Assembly: GCF_009914755.1 (NCBI RefSeq)
Contig: NC_060929.1
DNA from: the human T2T-CHM13v2.0 reference genome, Homo sapiens
Strand: one strand, 5' to 3'
DNA: 64,000 bases
The notes beneath the pieces are model-generated. The model saw only the letters and a program-made list of their open reading frames with translations, ran no database searches and was not told the DNA's origin. The position numbers were made by a program, and so were the translations under genes. Of this stretch, positions 61,690-64,000 are shown piece by piece. Positions within the stretch are counted from its first letter, which is position 1; each line of letters opens with the position of its first letter.

Positions 61690-62324
61690 CAAGAGATCAA
61701 CTTTTTTTTAGCTCCCACATATGAATCAGAACATGTGATATTTGTCTTTCTGTTCCTGACTTATTTCACTTAACATAGTGTCCTCCAGTTCCATCCATGT
61801 CGATGTTAATGACAGAATTCATTCTTTGTATAGCTGAGTGGTATTCCATTATATACATATGGATAATATATGCATATATATTATATATTATATATGTGAT
61901 ATATATATATATATATACCATGATCTACACCATGATATATAAAATGTGATATATATGATGATATATATCATGGTATATATCATCATATATATCATGGTAT
62001 ATATCATCATATATATCATGATATGTATCATTATATATACTATGTATACACATTATATATCACATTTTATTTTTCCATTCATTCGTTGATGGACACTTAG
62101 GTTAATTCCATATCTTTGCTATTGTGAACAGTGCTGTAACAAACATTGGGATGCAGGTATCCCTTTGATATATTTTCCTTTGATTTCCTTTCCTTTGGAT
62201 AAATAAATACCCAGTAGTGGGATTGCTGGATCATATGGTAGTTCTATTTTCAGTTTTTTGAGAAATGTCCATGCTGTTTTCTGTAGTGGCCGTACAAATT
62301 TATATTCCTATCAACAGCTTATAA
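61690..62324 (-). mobile_element. L1MA segment in inverted orientation, containing an AT-rich minisatellite (61850-62060)
   Basis: gctcccacatatgaatcagaacatg ... gatggacacttaggtt ... tacccagtagtgggattgctggatcatatgg. Confidence 0.85.
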
Positions 62325-62842
62325 ATTATATTAAGTGAAATAAACCAGGCACATAAAGAAAAATATTGCATGTTCTGACTCATAAGTGGGAGCAAAAAAA
62401 AAAAAGTTCATCTCGTGGAAGTAGACAGTAGAATGAGGGGTGGAGAATGGTTGGGAGCAAGCGGTAGGGACAAAGATTGAGGTCAGTTAATGGGTACAAA
62501 CATAGAGTTAGACAGAATAAATAAGCCCTAATGTTGGATAGCAGAGTAGGGTGACTGCAGTTAACAATAATGTACTGTATATTTCAAAATAGCTAGAAGA
62601 GAGGATTTGAAATGTTCCCAACATATAAATATGATAAACACTCGGGATGATGAATACCCTAAATACTCTGACTCGATCATTACACTTTCTATGCATGTAG
62701 CAAAATACCACATGCACCCAACACTCAAGATGATGAATACCCTAAATTCCCTGACTTGATTATTGCACTTCCTACTCATGTAGCAAAATATCACATGCAC
62801 CCCATAAAAATGTACAAATACTATGTGTCCATTAAAAAAATT
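62325..62842 (+). mobile_element. L1MA 3' end with an 83-bp tandem duplication
   Basis: taagtgaaataaaccaggcac ... atttcaaaatagctagaagagaggatttgaaatgttcccaac ... A-rich end. Confidence 0.88.
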
Positions 62843-63407
62843 TTAAAAGCATACTGAGTCTGCTGCATTTGTTCTCAAACCTGTTTGTGCAGTTATCACT
62901 GTTATATAACTTAATTAAATATTACATACATCAGTAAGCTAGCAATGCAAGAGAATTGTTATTTCCATGAATATTAAGGTGAATGTTTTAGGGAAATCTG
63001 ATAAAGGTATTACTTTAAAAAACAGCTGCTCTCAAATTAGGGAGAGGGGAGTCATGAAAATCTAGGAGTCCACACTCTGATTGTGGTATAGTCAAGAAAG
63101 ATGATGTGCACTCCTTCTGGCAGCCACACTACCTGACCAATGACCAGAACTCAGTATATGGTCTCTCTCTGCTTTGGAATTAACACATTGTACATCATCA
63201 ATCATGATATATGTACCTCATCATTTTCAATATCTAAATTATATTCAATTATTGGCTATACTGTCTTTTTTTTTAACCAATGCTGTATCAATGACCTTTT
63301 CAGATTATTTGCCAATAGCAATTTTCCAATACTATAAAAATGTTGTAACTTTTATTGTATATACACTTATGCACACTTTAACAAAGTATTTCCTTAGAAT
63401 AAAATCA

Positions 63408-63758
<351 letters not shown>

Positions 63759-64000
63759 CTACATATATATGTGTATTTTAAGATATAGAATACATAAACT
63801 AAAAATTTTTAATATTTTCATTTTTAAAAATTAAATGGCTAAACGTGGGACGATGTTAATTAGTAGAATTTTCACCACCATGCACAAGATTTTATCACTG
63901 AATTTATTTGGATCTAGGTGTTTCATCTGTAAAATAAAAGGTTTAAACTAGATTACCTTGAGGCCTCCTTCTGGAGTCCAATAAGACATTGCCATGCATG

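Noticed and set aside
61850-62060. AT-rich ~24-bp repeat array as a CRISPR-like structure
   Set aside because: No unique spacers or cas genes; eukaryotic (TA)n-derived minisatellite inside an L1MA.

Overview
This is primate (human-like) euchromatic DNA, intergenic or deep-intronic, made up mostly of transposable-element fossils. I found no host protein-coding exon, RNA gene, CpG island or CRISPR array that the sequence supports. The longer ORFs in the track come from LINE-1, Alu or LTR sequence. The main structure is a ~12-kb nested LINE-1 block (5.7-17.6 kb). An old minus-strand L1M carries a near-full-length, internally deleted L1PA7-like element, and a younger 5'-truncated L1PA5-like element inserted into the same target site, so the target motif AAGAATAATGTG appears three times. 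The same L1M also carries an AluJ and an MLT1A LTR. The rest holds about 11 Alus, many MaLR/ERVL/ERV1 solo LTRs, L2, MIR, hAT/Tigger DNA transposons and microsatellites. The most interesting items are unusual retrotransposition products (same-site re-insertion with a short 3' transduction, a tailless mini-Alu with a perfect 16-bp TSD, an ancient twin-primed L1MA) and candidate regulatory DNA (a degenerate ~33-bp repeat carrying CTCF, POU and SOX motifs, a divergent CTCF pair, and a POU/TALE palindrome). I see no convincing new biological system. Subfamily names come from recalled consensus sequences and need RepeatMasker/Dfam confirmation; boundaries of old repeats are approximate.
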